Assembly (NCBI GenBank): GCA_963666975.2
Contig: CAXVYR010000004.1
Coordinates: 576,001 to 640,000 of the forward strand
Length of the DNA: 64,000 nt
Source of the DNA: Terriglobia bacterium
Lineage (GTDB): Bacteria; Acidobacteriota; Terriglobia; 2-12-FULL-54-10
Direction of reading: 5' to 3'
Part shown: positions 1 to 10,027 of the stretch, in pieces
Layout: each line of letters opens with the position of its first letter
Position numbering within the stretch: position 1 is the stretch's first letter
Translations under genes and position numbers: made by a program
Notes under the pieces: generated by a model
What the model saw: only the letters and a program-made list of their open reading frames with translations
Told to the model about the DNA's origin: nothing
The model's database searches: none

Positions 1-8
1 CTAAGGAA

Positions 9-1292
9 ATGCTAAACCGAATGGCGCCCAACAATCCCGTGGTGTTAGAAAATCCTTTTGTAGGAATATTGGTCAACGATCTAGCGCTCGCAGAAGCCAA
101 AAAGGTCTTTCCTTGGGTCACGGACAACGTATCCATGCGGTGGATGTTTCACGATGTGATGATGAAGAATCACTATCCGGAGTTGCGGGAGATACACCGC
201 CTCGAGTTGAGCTGGTGGTCGGGGTACGGGGTAACGACTTTTGGCTCTGGGATTTATTCACCCGCCAATATCAAAATTTACCACGATCTGTCGACCAGTG
301 GACAGATGTCCATGAGGAACATGTGGGTCTGGTATTACAGGGAGAATGCGCTCTTTAGTAACGATTACGTCAGGAATGCTTCAAATTTCATGGAAGGCCT
401 GGGGAATGACTTCTTCTGGTACGGAGGATCCCGCGGGGCGCAATCAACCGGTGGCGGGTGTTCCAGTTTGCCCGCGCGGCCAGAACAAGGATATGGACTA
501 CTTCGTGGGGGGACAGCCCCAAGATGTTCCTACGAACCGGGGAGTGAAAACTACAATATGCTTTATCAGTATATTAAAAATGGGGGCCGGTACGTCGGAG
601 TCCACACAGTCGGCGACGGAGATATTGATTACCTGCTGGAGATTATTGAGAGAGCAAGTGAAGAGGCTGGATTTACATTGGACCAGATCCGTGCGAAGAG
701 ACATACCTTCGACCATCTAGTGATGGCTCCTCGGCCAGACCAACTACCGCGGATCAAGAGGTTAGGAATGGTGCTGGGTGGAGCCATCTGGTACTACATT
801 GAGGAGGCGTCTAATCGGGTAGAGACTTATGGAGAACGAGCAGCCCAATGGATGATACCGAAGAAGTCATTGGTGGATGCTGGGATTCCAAGCGCATTCG
901 AGATCGACCGGCCATTGGCAACTACTTCGCTGACTGTTTTCTGGACGTTGGCCCGCGTGATGGACAGGAAGCGGCCTCAGGATGGAAAAGTTTATGCGCC
1001 AAACCAACGGATCGGCCGGGAATTGGCTCTGAAGATGGCAACGAATTGGGGGGCATTTTATTTGAAGAAGGAAGACCAACTGGGCACTCTGGAGCCGGGC
1101 AAGTGGGCCGATTTCATCGTGCTGGACCGGGACTACCTGACAATTCCGGAAGATGACATCGAGAACATTCGGGTCTTGATGACAATGGTCGGAGGCAGAA
1201 CGGTTCACCTGGTTCCCTCGCTTGCTGGAGAGATCGGGATGCCGTCCGCTGGCGCTCAGGTGACGCTCGGCAGTGCCGCCGCCCAATGGTAA
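9..1292 (+). CDS. Amidohydrolase_3 (YtcJ-like) family protein, 5' end truncated by window edge
   Basis: Motifs GVHTVGDGDID, RHTFDH, AFEIDRP and C-terminal GTLEPGKWADFIVLDRDYLTIPEDDI; the frame is open to the window start; paralogous to 1921..3759. Confidence 0.88.
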   Translation: MLNRMAPNNPVVLENPFVGILVNDLALAEAKKVFPWVTDNVSMRWMFHDVMMKNHYPELREIHRLELSWWSGYGVTTFGSGIYSPANIKIYHDLSTSGQMSMRNMWVWYYRENALFSNDYVRNASNFMEGLGNDFFWYGGSRGAQSTGGGCSSLPARPEQGYGLLRGGTAPRCSYEPGSENYNMLYQYIKNGGRYVGVHTVGDGDIDYLLEIIERASEEAGFTLDQIRAKRHTFDHLVMAPRPDQLPRIKRLGMVLGGAIWYYIEEASNRVETYGERAAQWMIPKKSLVDAGIPSAFEIDRPLATTSLTVFWTLARVMDRKRPQDGKVYAPNQRIGRELALKMATNWGAFYLKKEDQLGTLEPGKWADFIVLDRDYLTIPEDDIENIRVLMTMVGGRTVHLVPSLAGEIGMPSAGAQVTLGSAAAQW

Positions 1293-1313
1293 TTTGAGGC
1301 AAGCCATTCCGGG

Positions 1314-1343
1314 GCAGGTTGCATAGAAGCAGGTTGCATAGAA
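1314..1343. repeat. Perfect 15-bp tandem duplication (GCAGGTTGCATAGAA x2)
   Basis: Read directly, 22 bp after the stop codon. Confidence 0.9.
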
Positions 1344-1744
1344 AAAGATGAGCCTGGCAATGCCAGCTTGTCGCAGACTGAAAAACGCTTGACAAGCTAC
1401 GTAGGCAGACTTAAACTCCGGCTAACCTATATTGGTGCCGACAGCCACTTATGACAGCAACACGCACGGGTAGATATCGCAAAGCTTGCTGTTTGTTCCA
1501 ATACCCAGACACAGGTAAATCTGCCAGGCTCCATTTTTCTTCTGGGAAGTTATTTTTTATAGATTTCGCGCGGATTCTTAACCATTAGGGCGTCTTTCTA
1601 TCAGCAGCGTTGGAACTGGCTTCGTTCCTTGAGACATGTGAGGCAGCGTGTCCTGGCCCATAGATGTCTGCCAGAAGCCTATATCGTTACTACTGGTATA
1701 GCCCAAGGATTTACTGCAAACCCTTCTGGGATGGCATTCCAAGG

Positions 1745-1792
1745 GCCTGCCCTGTCTGCCCTGAGCGAAGTCGAAGGGAGCTTGGCGAAGGG
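1745..1792. repeat. REP-like short element nested in a second copy of itself
   Basis: GCCTGCCCTG[TCTGCCCTGAGCGAAGTCGAAGGG]AGCTTGGCGAAGGG; a related core occurs on the opposite strand at 43298..43325. Confidence 0.6.
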
Positions 1793-1920
1793 GCCGAAGT
1801 CTTTTTCCCGGCGCGAGTTATCTCAAACAAGCAAAATGATCTAATACGAAAAGGAATTATCAAGCGAAAGACGTTTTAATGAACCGGAGTTTTGACTTCT
1901 GAAATCGGAGGACCGACTGA

Positions 1921-3759
1921 ATGAACCTGGCAAAATTATTATTGATGCGCAGAAAATTCCTAGTTTTCTCCTTTTTGCTGTTTTTCATCTCCCCAAGTGC
2001 TTGGGGACAGTCCAATGTAGCGGCCCTGCTGGGCTACCCGGACCTCATCGTTCACAATGCCAAGATTGTGACCATGGACGATGCCACGTTCGAGTCGAGG
2101 GTAGGCACCATCGGGCAAGCGATGGCGCTGCGCGGGGATAAGGTATTGGCCGTCGGATCCAACTCGGAGATTCGCGCGCTGGCCGGGCCGCAAACCCGGC
2201 AGATGGACCTAAAAGGCCGCACCGTGCTGCCGAGCTTCATCATGACTCACGAGCACCCCACCGACTGGGCCTTCGCCGAGCCTGAGGCTCTGAAGCACGC
2301 CCTGCCTGCGGATAGTGATGTCATGGTCATGCGGTGGCTGGAAGGGACCGCACAGCAACAACTGGATCAATGGGAGACCGTGCTGAGAGAAGCCGTCGCC
2401 GCAGCCAGCCCGGGCCAGTGGATCTGGCTGAGTTTTTTCTGGGGAACAAATTATGAGCATGCAGATGAACTTTGGCAACAATTTCCCCGTGTGGTCACCC
2501 AGGAGCGCCTCGACCAGCTTGCGCCGAACAATCCTGTCAGGGTTAAGAATAGCTGGCCGCTAATGTCGGCGAACAACACCAAGGCTGTGGAAGAGTTGAA
2601 GAAAGTCCATCCGGAAGCTAGTGCGGGAGCGAACCGCCTGTACGAGCCTAATGTGATCTTCCAGGGCTGGACCGAGGTCTTGGCGGATGTGCTTAAGGCC
2701 GAAATGGAGCTGTGGGTGGCTCAAGGCATCACGACATTTGGCTCCTCTCCTTATGCCTATAACAACTTCCAGGCATTGGCGTATCTGGATCGAAGAGGAG
2801 AGATGCCTGCTCGTTTCGCCTGGGGCTACACCGGCCCCGATTTTCACATCGAGACATTGCGTTACGTTGCGGGATTGGTGGGAAGTGGCAGCCCGTATCT
2901 TTGGAACGTGGGTGCCTGGGATGCGTCCGGGGGTAGCTGTACGACGCTCAACGCTCGCACGCCCGAAATCAAGGCCCGCGAGAGCTGCAACTTTGCTCCA
3001 GGGAGCCCGGGTAGAAAGGTTCTCGATGATATCATCCGGACCGACGGCCGGGTGGCCACCATGCACACCCAGGGAGACAAGGATATCGACTATTTCATGG
3101 ACGCTATTGAGCAAGTCAGCAGAGAGGCAGGCATCTCCTTGGAAGAGATTCGGGCCAAGCGCCACGCCTTTGATCACGCTTCTGGCGCCCCCCGACCGGA
3201 CCAGATTCCACGCGTTAAGAATTTGGGGATGATGGTCAGCATGATCAACACCATGTTGTGGGAAACCCACCGCACTTACGATACTTCCAGCCGTGTGCGC
3301 GATTATGGAATCGAGTATGCCAACCTGTCGGTGCCCCGAAAGAGCGTGACAGACGCGGGAATCATGAACACCTTTGAGATCGATCGTCCGCTGCCGCACC
3401 TGGTGTTCACCATGATTCACAAAGGCATCACCCGATACAGCGATCAAGACGGCGCAGTCTACGGGCCCCGGGAAAGGACCGACCGGATCATCCAGTTGAA
3501 GGCGTTAACGGTGTGGGGAGGCTATTACGTGCTGCGGGAAAATCTATTGGGAACGCTGGAGCGCGGCAAGTACGCCGATTTCATTGTGCTGGACCGGGAC
3601 TATCTGACCATTCCGGAAGACGATATTCCCAATACCAAAGTCTTGATGACAGTGGTCGGTGGCAAGACGATGCACTTGATGCCTTCTCTGGCGGCGGAGA
3701 ACGGGATGCAACCGGCGGGCCCGGTCACGTGGAGCACAAAACCCCTGGAGAATTACTAA
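1921..3759 (+). CDS. Secreted amidohydrolase_3 (YtcJ-like) family protein
   Basis: Signal-peptide-like N-terminus (RRKFLVFSFLLFFISPSAWG); DLKGRTVLPSFIMTHEHP, TMHTQGD, RHAFDH, GTLERGKYADFIVLDRD. Confidence 0.9.
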   Translation: MNLAKLLLMRRKFLVFSFLLFFISPSAWGQSNVAALLGYPDLIVHNAKIVTMDDATFESRVGTIGQAMALRGDKVLAVGSNSEIRALAGPQTRQMDLKGRTVLPSFIMTHEHPTDWAFAEPEALKHALPADSDVMVMRWLEGTAQQQLDQWETVLREAVAAASPGQWIWLSFFWGTNYEHADELWQQFPRVVTQERLDQLAPNNPVRVKNSWPLMSANNTKAVEELKKVHPEASAGANRLYEPNVIFQGWTEVLADVLKAEMELWVAQGITTFGSSPYAYNNFQALAYLDRRGEMPARFAWGYTGPDFHIETLRYVAGLVGSGSPYLWNVGAWDASGGSCTTLNARTPEIKARESCNFAPGSPGRKVLDDIIRTDGRVATMHTQGDKDIDYFMDAIEQVSREAGISLEEIRAKRHAFDHASGAPRPDQIPRVKNLGMMVSMINTMLWETHRTYDTSSRVRDYGIEYANLSVPRKSVTDAGIMNTFEIDRPLPHLVFTMIHKGITRYSDQDGAVYGPRERTDRIIQLKALTVWGGYYVLRENLLGTLERGKYADFIVLDRDYLTIPEDDIPNTKVLMTVVGGKTMHLMPSLAAENGMQPAGPVTWSTKPLENY

Positions 3760-3904
3760 TTTCCTGGGCCGCTCATTGTGCGTTAAAACTGGACCTTCTT
3801 TATCTTCATCCAACCGCATTTTTGATTCCGGTGGCTGGCCGCTTTCTGAGAGGCCAGCCACCGGGACTCACAAGCGGAGACCTTTGTCTTCCTGATGGGA
3901 AGGT

Positions 3905-4498
3905 CTACCTTGCCACAGCGGTTTCTTTCTTCTCTACCTTCTCTACACGAACCGAAACCGGCACCGACTTGGAAACGACGTCGTATAAGGGAGAATATTT
4001 CGTCAGCTCAGCCAATTTTTCCGCTGATCCATCCCCTTTTACTTTGAAGGTCACTCGAATCTTTTCATAGCCCGGCCTGACGCTCTCCGACAATCCCAGG
4101 AAACCATGGAGGTCGAGATCCCCCTCCAGTGTGGACTCCACTTCCTCCAGCTTGATTCCCCGCGCGGCCGCGTGGTACGTAATGGCGGTGGTCATGCAAG
4201 CCGCCAAAGCGGTGAGCAGATACTTCACGGGATTGGCGCCCTGATCCTCTCCCAACAGAATGGGCGGCTCGTCCGCGTCCAATACAAACGGTTTGCTTCG
4301 GGTGTGTGTCTGCCCGGCGCCATAGAAGTCACCGATGGTCGTCCGGTTATGACCGCCATTGATCCACTGATTGTGGGCGCGAAATTTGAACTTCGCGATC
4401 GTGGGTGTGTCCTGGATGGCATCCATCGTTTCAAACAACTGATCGCAATCTACTCCGTTCACTTTTCCTTTGGTTGTGGTCTGTGTCTGTCCCGCCAT
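3905..4498 (-). CDS. OsmC family protein
   Basis: VNGVD N-terminus, DADEPPILLGEDQGANPVKYLLTALAAC motif, GDLDLHGFLG; GAGGA RBS. Confidence 0.9.
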   Translation of the reverse strand: MAGQTQTTTKGKVNGVDCDQLFETMDAIQDTPTIAKFKFRAHNQWINGGHNRTTIGDFYGAGQTHTRSKPFVLDADEPPILLGEDQGANPVKYLLTALAACMTTAITYHAAARGIKLEEVESTLEGDLDLHGFLGLSESVRPGYEKIRVTFKVKGDGSAEKLAELTKYSPLYDVVSKSVPVSVRVEKVEKKETAVAR

Positions 4499-4531
4499 TT
4501 TGCTTTCCTCCTTGAAAATTGATTTTGGTTC

Positions 4532-4765
4532 AGACCTGTTTTAGAGTTCATGTATCCCATATTGCGTTCTTGTCAGGGCACGGTTTTAACCGTGCCGCCA
4601 CCCGGATCACGACAGCGGCTTCAGCCGCTGAGGTCGGGGTTAAGTCGCTGGAACAAGCAGAGTTCAAGACTCACCTCAGGCGCTAAAGCACACTTGGTTG
4701 GAGAGCGTTTCGGCACGGCTGAAGCCGTGCCCTGACGGGATACACAATTCATAAAACCGGTCTAG
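4532..4765. mobile_element. MITE-like element with imperfect terminal inverted repeats and internal REP/REPIN-type hairpins
   Basis: Left AGACCTGTTTTAGAGTTCATGTATCCC pairs imperfectly with right GGGATACACAATTCATAAAACCGGTCT; internal inverted pair GTCAGGGCACGGTTTTAACCGTGCCG / CGGCACGGCTGAAGCCGTGCCCTGAC. Confidence 0.65.
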
Positions 4766-4782
4766 CTTTCGGCGGGACATAA

Positions 4783-4799
4783 AGCAGGAACTATGCCAA
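4783..4799 (-). promoter_or_regulatory. Putative sigma54 (-24/-12) promoter for the osmC-family gene
   Basis: Minus strand TTGGCATAGTTCCTGCT = GG-N10-GC; IHF-like AACAAGAAGTTA near 4829..4840 and palindrome TTCGGCAAATTGCGAA near 4875..4890 lie upstream. Confidence 0.6.
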
Positions 4800-5093
4800 C
4801 TCTCACTGGAGTCAGTTTTCCAAATGAAAACAAGAAGTTACGAACTTTTTAACCGGAAGGTTGAGGTCACGAGATTCGGCAAATTGCGAAATCTCCTGAG
4901 AGGAAACGCGAGAGTTGGCGAGCCCAGCGCAAATTACCCTGGGCAAACACGCTGCAAAGAAGAAAGAAAACTTTGGAAAGCTGCCCCAGCGCGCCAATTT
5001 TGCCCTTATAATCTCTAGCGGATTCATCATAAGCTCAAGAAGGATGGCGCAGGAACCGATAAGAATTCGACGCGGAGTGGAGGCGGAACCGGC

Positions 5094-6929
5094 ATGGGCT
5101 ATCAACTGATTGAGAACTACGGAATCATCGGCGACATGCAGACGGTTGCGCTCGTGGGCATGAACGGGTCCATTGATTGGTTTTGTTTTCCCCATTTTGA
5201 CTCCCCCAGCGTTTTTGGAGCCATCCTGGACGACAAAAAGGGCGGACGATTCCGGATTGCTCCCCTCACCGAGGAAGTGACCTACCGGCAGTTCTACTGG
5301 CCCGGCACCAATCTCCTGGTGACCCGGTTCCTCTCGCCGGAGGGCGTGGGAGAAATCACCGACTACATGCCCGTGCGGAGTTCTACGAGAGGCGAGCCCT
5401 ACCACATGCTGGTCCGCCGCGTCTCGGCGGTGCGGGGTTCGCTGCACTTCCGGATGGAGTGCCAGCCTGCCTTCAACTACGCCCGCGACCGCCACACAAC
5501 AGCGATTACACCCTCAGGCGCCTGCTTTCACTCGCCCGAATTGAGCCTCGGACTGGCTACGCACGTCCCGCTCCAGCAGGACGGCGCCGGAGTCCGCGCC
5601 GAGTTCACGCTGCAGGAAGGCGAGAGGGCCGTCTTCATTCTGGAGCAGATTCCGCAAGGGGCGAACGATTTTGCCGCCCGCTCGGAGCGGGAAGCCTCCG
5701 AGCTTTTCCGGGAGACGGTGGCCTACTGGCGCCGCTGGCTCTCCCAATGCACCTACACAGGGCGGTGGCGCGAGATGGTGGAACGCTCCGCGCTGGTGCT
5801 GAAACTGCTGACCTATTCCCCGAAGGGGAGCATTGTAGCCGCGCCCACCTGCAGCCTTCCGGAGGGCATCGGAGGCGAAAGAAATTGGGACTATCGCTAC
5901 ACATGGATCCGCGATGCCGCCTTCACCCTTTACGGGTTCCTGCGGATCGGCTTCACCGAAGAAGCGGGCCACTTTATGGACTGGCTTGAGGCCCGCATCC
6001 ATGATCTGAACCCGGATGGATCGCTACAAGTTGTGTATGGAATTGACGGCCGCAAAATCTTGACCGAGGAAACCCTCGGGCATCTGGAGGGCTACCGGGG
6101 GTCGCGTCCAGTCCGGATCGGAAACGACGCGTACCGGCAGTTGCAGCTCGACATCTGCGGGGAATTGATGGACTCGGTTTACCTCTACAACAAATACGGG
6201 AATTCTATTTCCTATGACCTGTGGAGATACCTGCGGCGTCTGACAAACTGGGTCTGCGACAACTGGCAGCGGAAAGACGATGGGATATGGGAAGTGCGCA
6301 GCGGGCAGCAGCACTTCGTCTACTCGAAGCTGATGTGCTGGGTGGCTGTCGACCGCGCCCTCCGCCTGGCCGATAAACGCTCGTTCCCGGCCGACCGGGA
6401 CCGCTGGTTTAAGGTGCGGGATCAAATCTATGAGGAGATACTGGCTAAAGGCTGGAGCCGGGAAAAACAGTCCTTCGTGCAGTACTATGGCGGCGATACG
6501 CTCGACGCCGCCAATCTGATTATGCCGCTGGTGTTTTTCATGTCGCCCACCGATCCCCGCATGCTCAAGACGCTCGACGCTATTAACCGATCCCCGGCAA
6601 AGGGCGGGCTGGTCTCCAACCGCCTGGTTCATCGGTATAACGTCGCCAGGGCCCCGGACGGGTTGGACGGAGAAGAAGGCACGTTTAATATGTGCTCCTT
6701 CTGGCTGGTGGAGGCCCTCACGCGCGCAGGCAAGCAGGATCACCAACGGCTCGATCACGCTCGCTTATCGTTTGAGAAAATGCTGGGCTACGCCAACCAC
6801 CTGGGCCTCTATGCCGAAGAAACCGGGGCGCGCGGCGAGGCCCTGGGCAACTTCCCTCAGGCGTTCACCCACTTGGCGCTGATCAGCGCTGCGTTTAATC
6901 TCAACCGGGCCCTGGGCGGGAAGGATTAG
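5094..6929 (+). CDS. Glycoside hydrolase family 15 (glucoamylase/trehalase-like)
   Basis: [49 protein letters not shown] motifs. Confidence 0.95.
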   Translation: MGYQLIENYGIIGDMQTVALVGMNGSIDWFCFPHFDSPSVFGAILDDKKGGRFRIAPLTEEVTYRQFYWPGTNLLVTRFLSPEGVGEITDYMPVRSSTRGEPYHMLVRRVSAVRGSLHFRMECQPAFNYARDRHTTAITPSGACFHSPELSLGLATHVPLQQDGAGVRAEFTLQEGERAVFILEQIPQGANDFAARSEREASELFRETVAYWRRWLSQCTYTGRWREMVERSALVLKLLTYSPKGSIVAAPTCSLPEGIGGERNWDYRYTWIRDAAFTLYGFLRIGFTEEAGHFMDWLEARIHDLNPDGSLQVVYGIDGRKILTEETLGHLEGYRGSRPVRIGNDAYRQLQLDICGELMDSVYLYNKYGNSISYDLWRYLRRLTNWVCDNWQRKDDGIWEVRSGQQHFVYSKLMCWVAVDRALRLADKRSFPADRDRWFKVRDQIYEEILAKGWSREKQSFVQYYGGDTLDAANLIMPLVFFMSPTDPRMLKTLDAINRSPAKGGLVSNRLVHRYNVARAPDGLDGEEGTFNMCSFWLVEALTRAGKQDHQRLDHARLSFEKMLGYANHLGLYAEETGARGEALGNFPQAFTHLALISAAFNLNRALGGKD

Positions 6930-6944
6930 AGGAGATGGAAACTG

Positions 6945-7691
6945 TCAAGACTTCTGCCGCAGCTTCCAGGCCAAGTCGCGCAGCATTCCCAGCGCCAGCG
7001 TCACATCTCCGCTGCTGAGGGGCCAGCGGAGCAGCATCTGCCGAAGGCGCTGCTTCTTTGCCGCCCCTGGACGCGCCTTCCCCTGCCCAGAGGCCGAGCC
7101 TCCTCCGGTCCACAATACTCTCTCTACTTCATCCACCAGCCGCGTCACCTCTTCCATACTGGCTCCGGAAGCTAGTTCTTTTGCCGGAAGCTTCTCGAAC
7201 CGCAACAAGCGGCTTAATTCATAGCAACAGACGGCCACTGCCTGGCCCAGGTTCATGGAGGGACATTCCCGGCTGGTAGGAATTTTCGCAATCCAGTGGC
7301 AATAGCTCAGGTCTTCGTTGCCGAGTCCCGTCTTTTCCGATCCGAACAGCACTGCTATGCGCTCTGCTTTTCTGCGTCGCTTCAAGCGGGCAGCCAACTG
7401 ATCGAGCGAGACGACCGATTCAGCAGGTTTCCGCCGCGAGAGCGAGCTGGTTCCGATCACCAGCGTCCGGTCTTCTATCGCCTCCGAAAGACGGGACACT
7501 GCGCGGGCGGTAGCCAGCAGCTTCTGCGCTTTCAAGGCGGCTCTCGACTCCCGCCACACCGGCTCGAATGGCGAGACCACAACCATGTCCTCGAATCCAA
7601 AGTTCATCATGGCTCGGGCTGCCGCCCCGATGTTTACGGGGTTCCGAGGCCGGACCAGGATGATCCGAACCGCTTGGCAGGGATTATCCAT
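6945..7691 (-). CDS. SPOUT RNA methyltransferase, TrmJ/LasT family
   Basis: ILVRPRNPVNIGAAARAMMNFG, FGSEKTGL, PSMNLGQAV; start placed at ATG 7691 (the ORF track extends to 7757). Confidence 0.88.
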   Translation of the reverse strand: MDNPCQAVRIILVRPRNPVNIGAAARAMMNFGFEDMVVVSPFEPVWRESRAALKAQKLLATARAVSRLSEAIEDRTLVIGTSSLSRRKPAESVVSLDQLAARLKRRRKAERIAVLFGSEKTGLGNEDLSYCHWIAKIPTSRECPSMNLGQAVAVCCYELSRLLRFEKLPAKELASGASMEEVTRLVDEVERVLWTGGGSASGQGKARPGAAKKQRLRQMLLRWPLSSGDVTLALGMLRDLAWKLRQKS

Positions 7692-7872
7692 TGGGCCGGA
7701 TTGTAGCAAGCTCCGTCTGCTTCTGTAGTAAAATAATGCACGATATTGCGGAATCATACAGCCTCATCAGAAGATTGGGGCCCGTTTCAGTTGAAACCTT
7801 GCAGGCGATTCTTGCGCTAATAAAGTGCGAGTCGGGTTGGAAAAAATTTCGGAAGGGAAAAGTGGCAAAGTT

Positions 7873-9198
7873 ATGTCGCAAACACTGACCGTGGATTGGA
7901 ACCCAGAGAGCCCTCGGAAAGTTAGGAAGGCATATTCTTGCGCTGGAGCCTTGAGCGTGGTGCTGTCGTCAGCGGTCTTGCTCTGCTCTGTGGTTCCTAG
8001 CTGGAGTCAGAACCAGGGCCAGAGTCCAAATCAACCCCCCGTCCAATTACCGGACGGGAACGGCAAAGCTATTGTGGAGAGAGCCTGCATTCAGTGCCAT
8101 GTCCTCAACCGGGTCACCAGCACCGGTCGTACGAGGGCGGAATGGCAGGGCGTCATGGACATGATGGTCACGTCGGGTCTTACCCTGACGAGGGACGAGC
8201 TTGCTATTGTGACCGATTACTTGGCTACGAATTTCCCCGACAACTCTCCGCCAGCAGTGTTGATCCCCGGCACCGTCCAGGTGTCCATCAAAGAGTGGAC
8301 GGTACCCACACCCGGTTCGCGGCCCCATGATCCTCTCGTCGCGCCCGACGGGATGGTTTGGTACACGGGCCAGAGGGCGAATGTGCTGGGGCGTTTTGAC
8401 CCCAAGAAGGAGCAGTTCAAGGAATTCCTGCTGAAAACCCCCAATTCTGGGCCTCACGGGCTTGTAGCTGACAAGGAAGGACACATTTGGTATACGGGCA
8501 ATTCGGCAGCGCATGTCGGACGGCTTGACCCAAAGACGGGCGAGGTGTTCGAGTACCAGATGCCCGACCCCGAGGCCGGCGACCCTCATACACCCATCAT
8601 CGATCAGAAGGGAACCGTTTGGTTCACTGTCCAAAGAGGAAACATGGTGGGGAAGGTTGACCCCAAGACCGGAAAGGTGACCCTGGTGGAATCCCCTACG
8701 GCGAACTCCCGGCCCTACGGCATTGTGATCAACTCCCAGGGCATCCCCTTCTTCTGCGAGTTCAGGAGCAACAAGATCGCCAGCATCGATCCGGAGACGA
8801 TGGCTATCCGGGAATACGTTCTGCCGAATCCAGACACCCGTCCCCGCCGGATTGCCGTCACCCCGGATGACATCATCTGGTATACCGACTACGCCCGCGG
8901 CTATCTGGGGCGGCTCGACCCGCAGACCGGCAAGGTCAGCGAATGGCCCTCTCCCAGTGGCAGCGAGTCCAAACCGTATGGAATCGCCCATGTCGGCAAT
9001 GTGATCTGGTACAGCGAATCGGGCGTGGAGCCCAACACGGTCGTCCGGTTTGACCCCAGCACGAAGGAGTTTGGAAGCTGGCCGATTCCCTCCGGCGGAG
9101 GAGTGGTGCGCCACATGGTGGCGGCGCCGGACGGCAACCTGTGGCTTGCCACCAGTGGCGTCAACGGCATTGCCAAGGTGGAGATCGCCAGCAAGTAG
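7873..9198 (+). CDS. Exported c-type cytochrome domain fused to a Vgb (virginiamycin B lyase)-like beta-propeller
   Basis: Hydrophobic signal segment, CIQCH heme motif, repeated PHG/PYG ... WYT ... GRLDP blades; start uncertain (7825 or 7873). Confidence 0.85.
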   Translation: MSQTLTVDWNPESPRKVRKAYSCAGALSVVLSSAVLLCSVVPSWSQNQGQSPNQPPVQLPDGNGKAIVERACIQCHVLNRVTSTGRTRAEWQGVMDMMVTSGLTLTRDELAIVTDYLATNFPDNSPPAVLIPGTVQVSIKEWTVPTPGSRPHDPLVAPDGMVWYTGQRANVLGRFDPKKEQFKEFLLKTPNSGPHGLVADKEGHIWYTGNSAAHVGRLDPKTGEVFEYQMPDPEAGDPHTPIIDQKGTVWFTVQRGNMVGKVDPKTGKVTLVESPTANSRPYGIVINSQGIPFFCEFRSNKIASIDPETMAIREYVLPNPDTRPRRIAVTPDDIIWYTDYARGYLGRLDPQTGKVSEWPSPSGSESKPYGIAHVGNVIWYSESGVEPNTVVRFDPSTKEFGSWPIPSGGGVVRHMVAAPDGNLWLATSGVNGIAKVEIASK

Positions 9199-9423
9199 CT
9201 GGTTGGCAGATGGTTCACGCGGGAAGCCACCCAAAATCCTTTCTCGAACCAGAATAGTCCAGGCACGCAGGCTGCCTTGTGCAGCATGCACAAAAACTCT
9301 TTCCCCCCGCCCCTTCGCACGGTATAGTATTGGCTTTGTTTTTCAGAGCCCGATTTCAACCTAGGTTTCATCCTGGAATTCATCAATTTATTCTGAAACT
9401 TAATAACGGAGGACAAAGACGCT

Positions 9424-9939
9424 ATGATCGAACGCAAGGGAGCTACGACGATGAAGGGCAATCCGCTGACCCTGGTTGGCCCGGAGTTAAAGGTGGGAGA
9501 CAAAGCACCCGACTTCACGCTGCTGGGGAATGACATGAAGCCGGTAACCCTGGCGGATACCGTCGGCAAGGTGCGCATTCTCAGCACGATACCATCGCTC
9601 GACACGCCAGTCTGCGACGCCGAGACCAGGCGTTTCAACGAAGAAGCCGCCAACCTTCCAGGCGTAGAAATCCTGACCGTGAGCATGGACTTGCCTTTTT
9701 CCCAGTCTCGCTGGTGCGGGGCCGCTGGTGTGAAGAATGTCCGTACACTGTCCGATTACCGGGAACGCTCCTTTGGTCCCGCTTACGGGGTATTGATCCA
9801 GGAGCTGCAACTGGAGGCAAGAGCGGTGTTTGTGCTGGACAAAGACAACACGCTCCGTCATGTGGAATACGTTAAAGAGGTTGCCGAGCACCCAAATTAC
9901 GAATCCATTTTGGCGGCGGCGAAAAAGCTCTCTAAATAA
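9424..9939 (+). CDS. tpx: Thiol peroxidase (atypical 2-Cys peroxiredoxin)
   Basis: PSLDTPVCD, SMDLPFSQSRWCG, ARAVFVLD; GGAGG RBS. Confidence 0.95.
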   Translation: MIERKGATTMKGNPLTLVGPELKVGDKAPDFTLLGNDMKPVTLADTVGKVRILSTIPSLDTPVCDAETRRFNEEAANLPGVEILTVSMDLPFSQSRWCGAAGVKNVRTLSDYRERSFGPAYGVLIQELQLEARAVFVLDKDNTLRHVEYVKEVAEHPNYESILAAAKKLSK

Positions 9940-10027
9940 ATAACCCTCGCGGCCGGGGCCAAATCCTGGCGGAGTTGACTTGCTTTCCCCTTGACCCTCA
10001 ATGCCTGTATAATTGGTTGCTGGGAAA

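Noticed and set aside
7873-9198. Streptogramin resistance gene vgb
   Set aside because: Export signal and heme domain do not fit the cytoplasmic Vgb lyase; only the fold is shared
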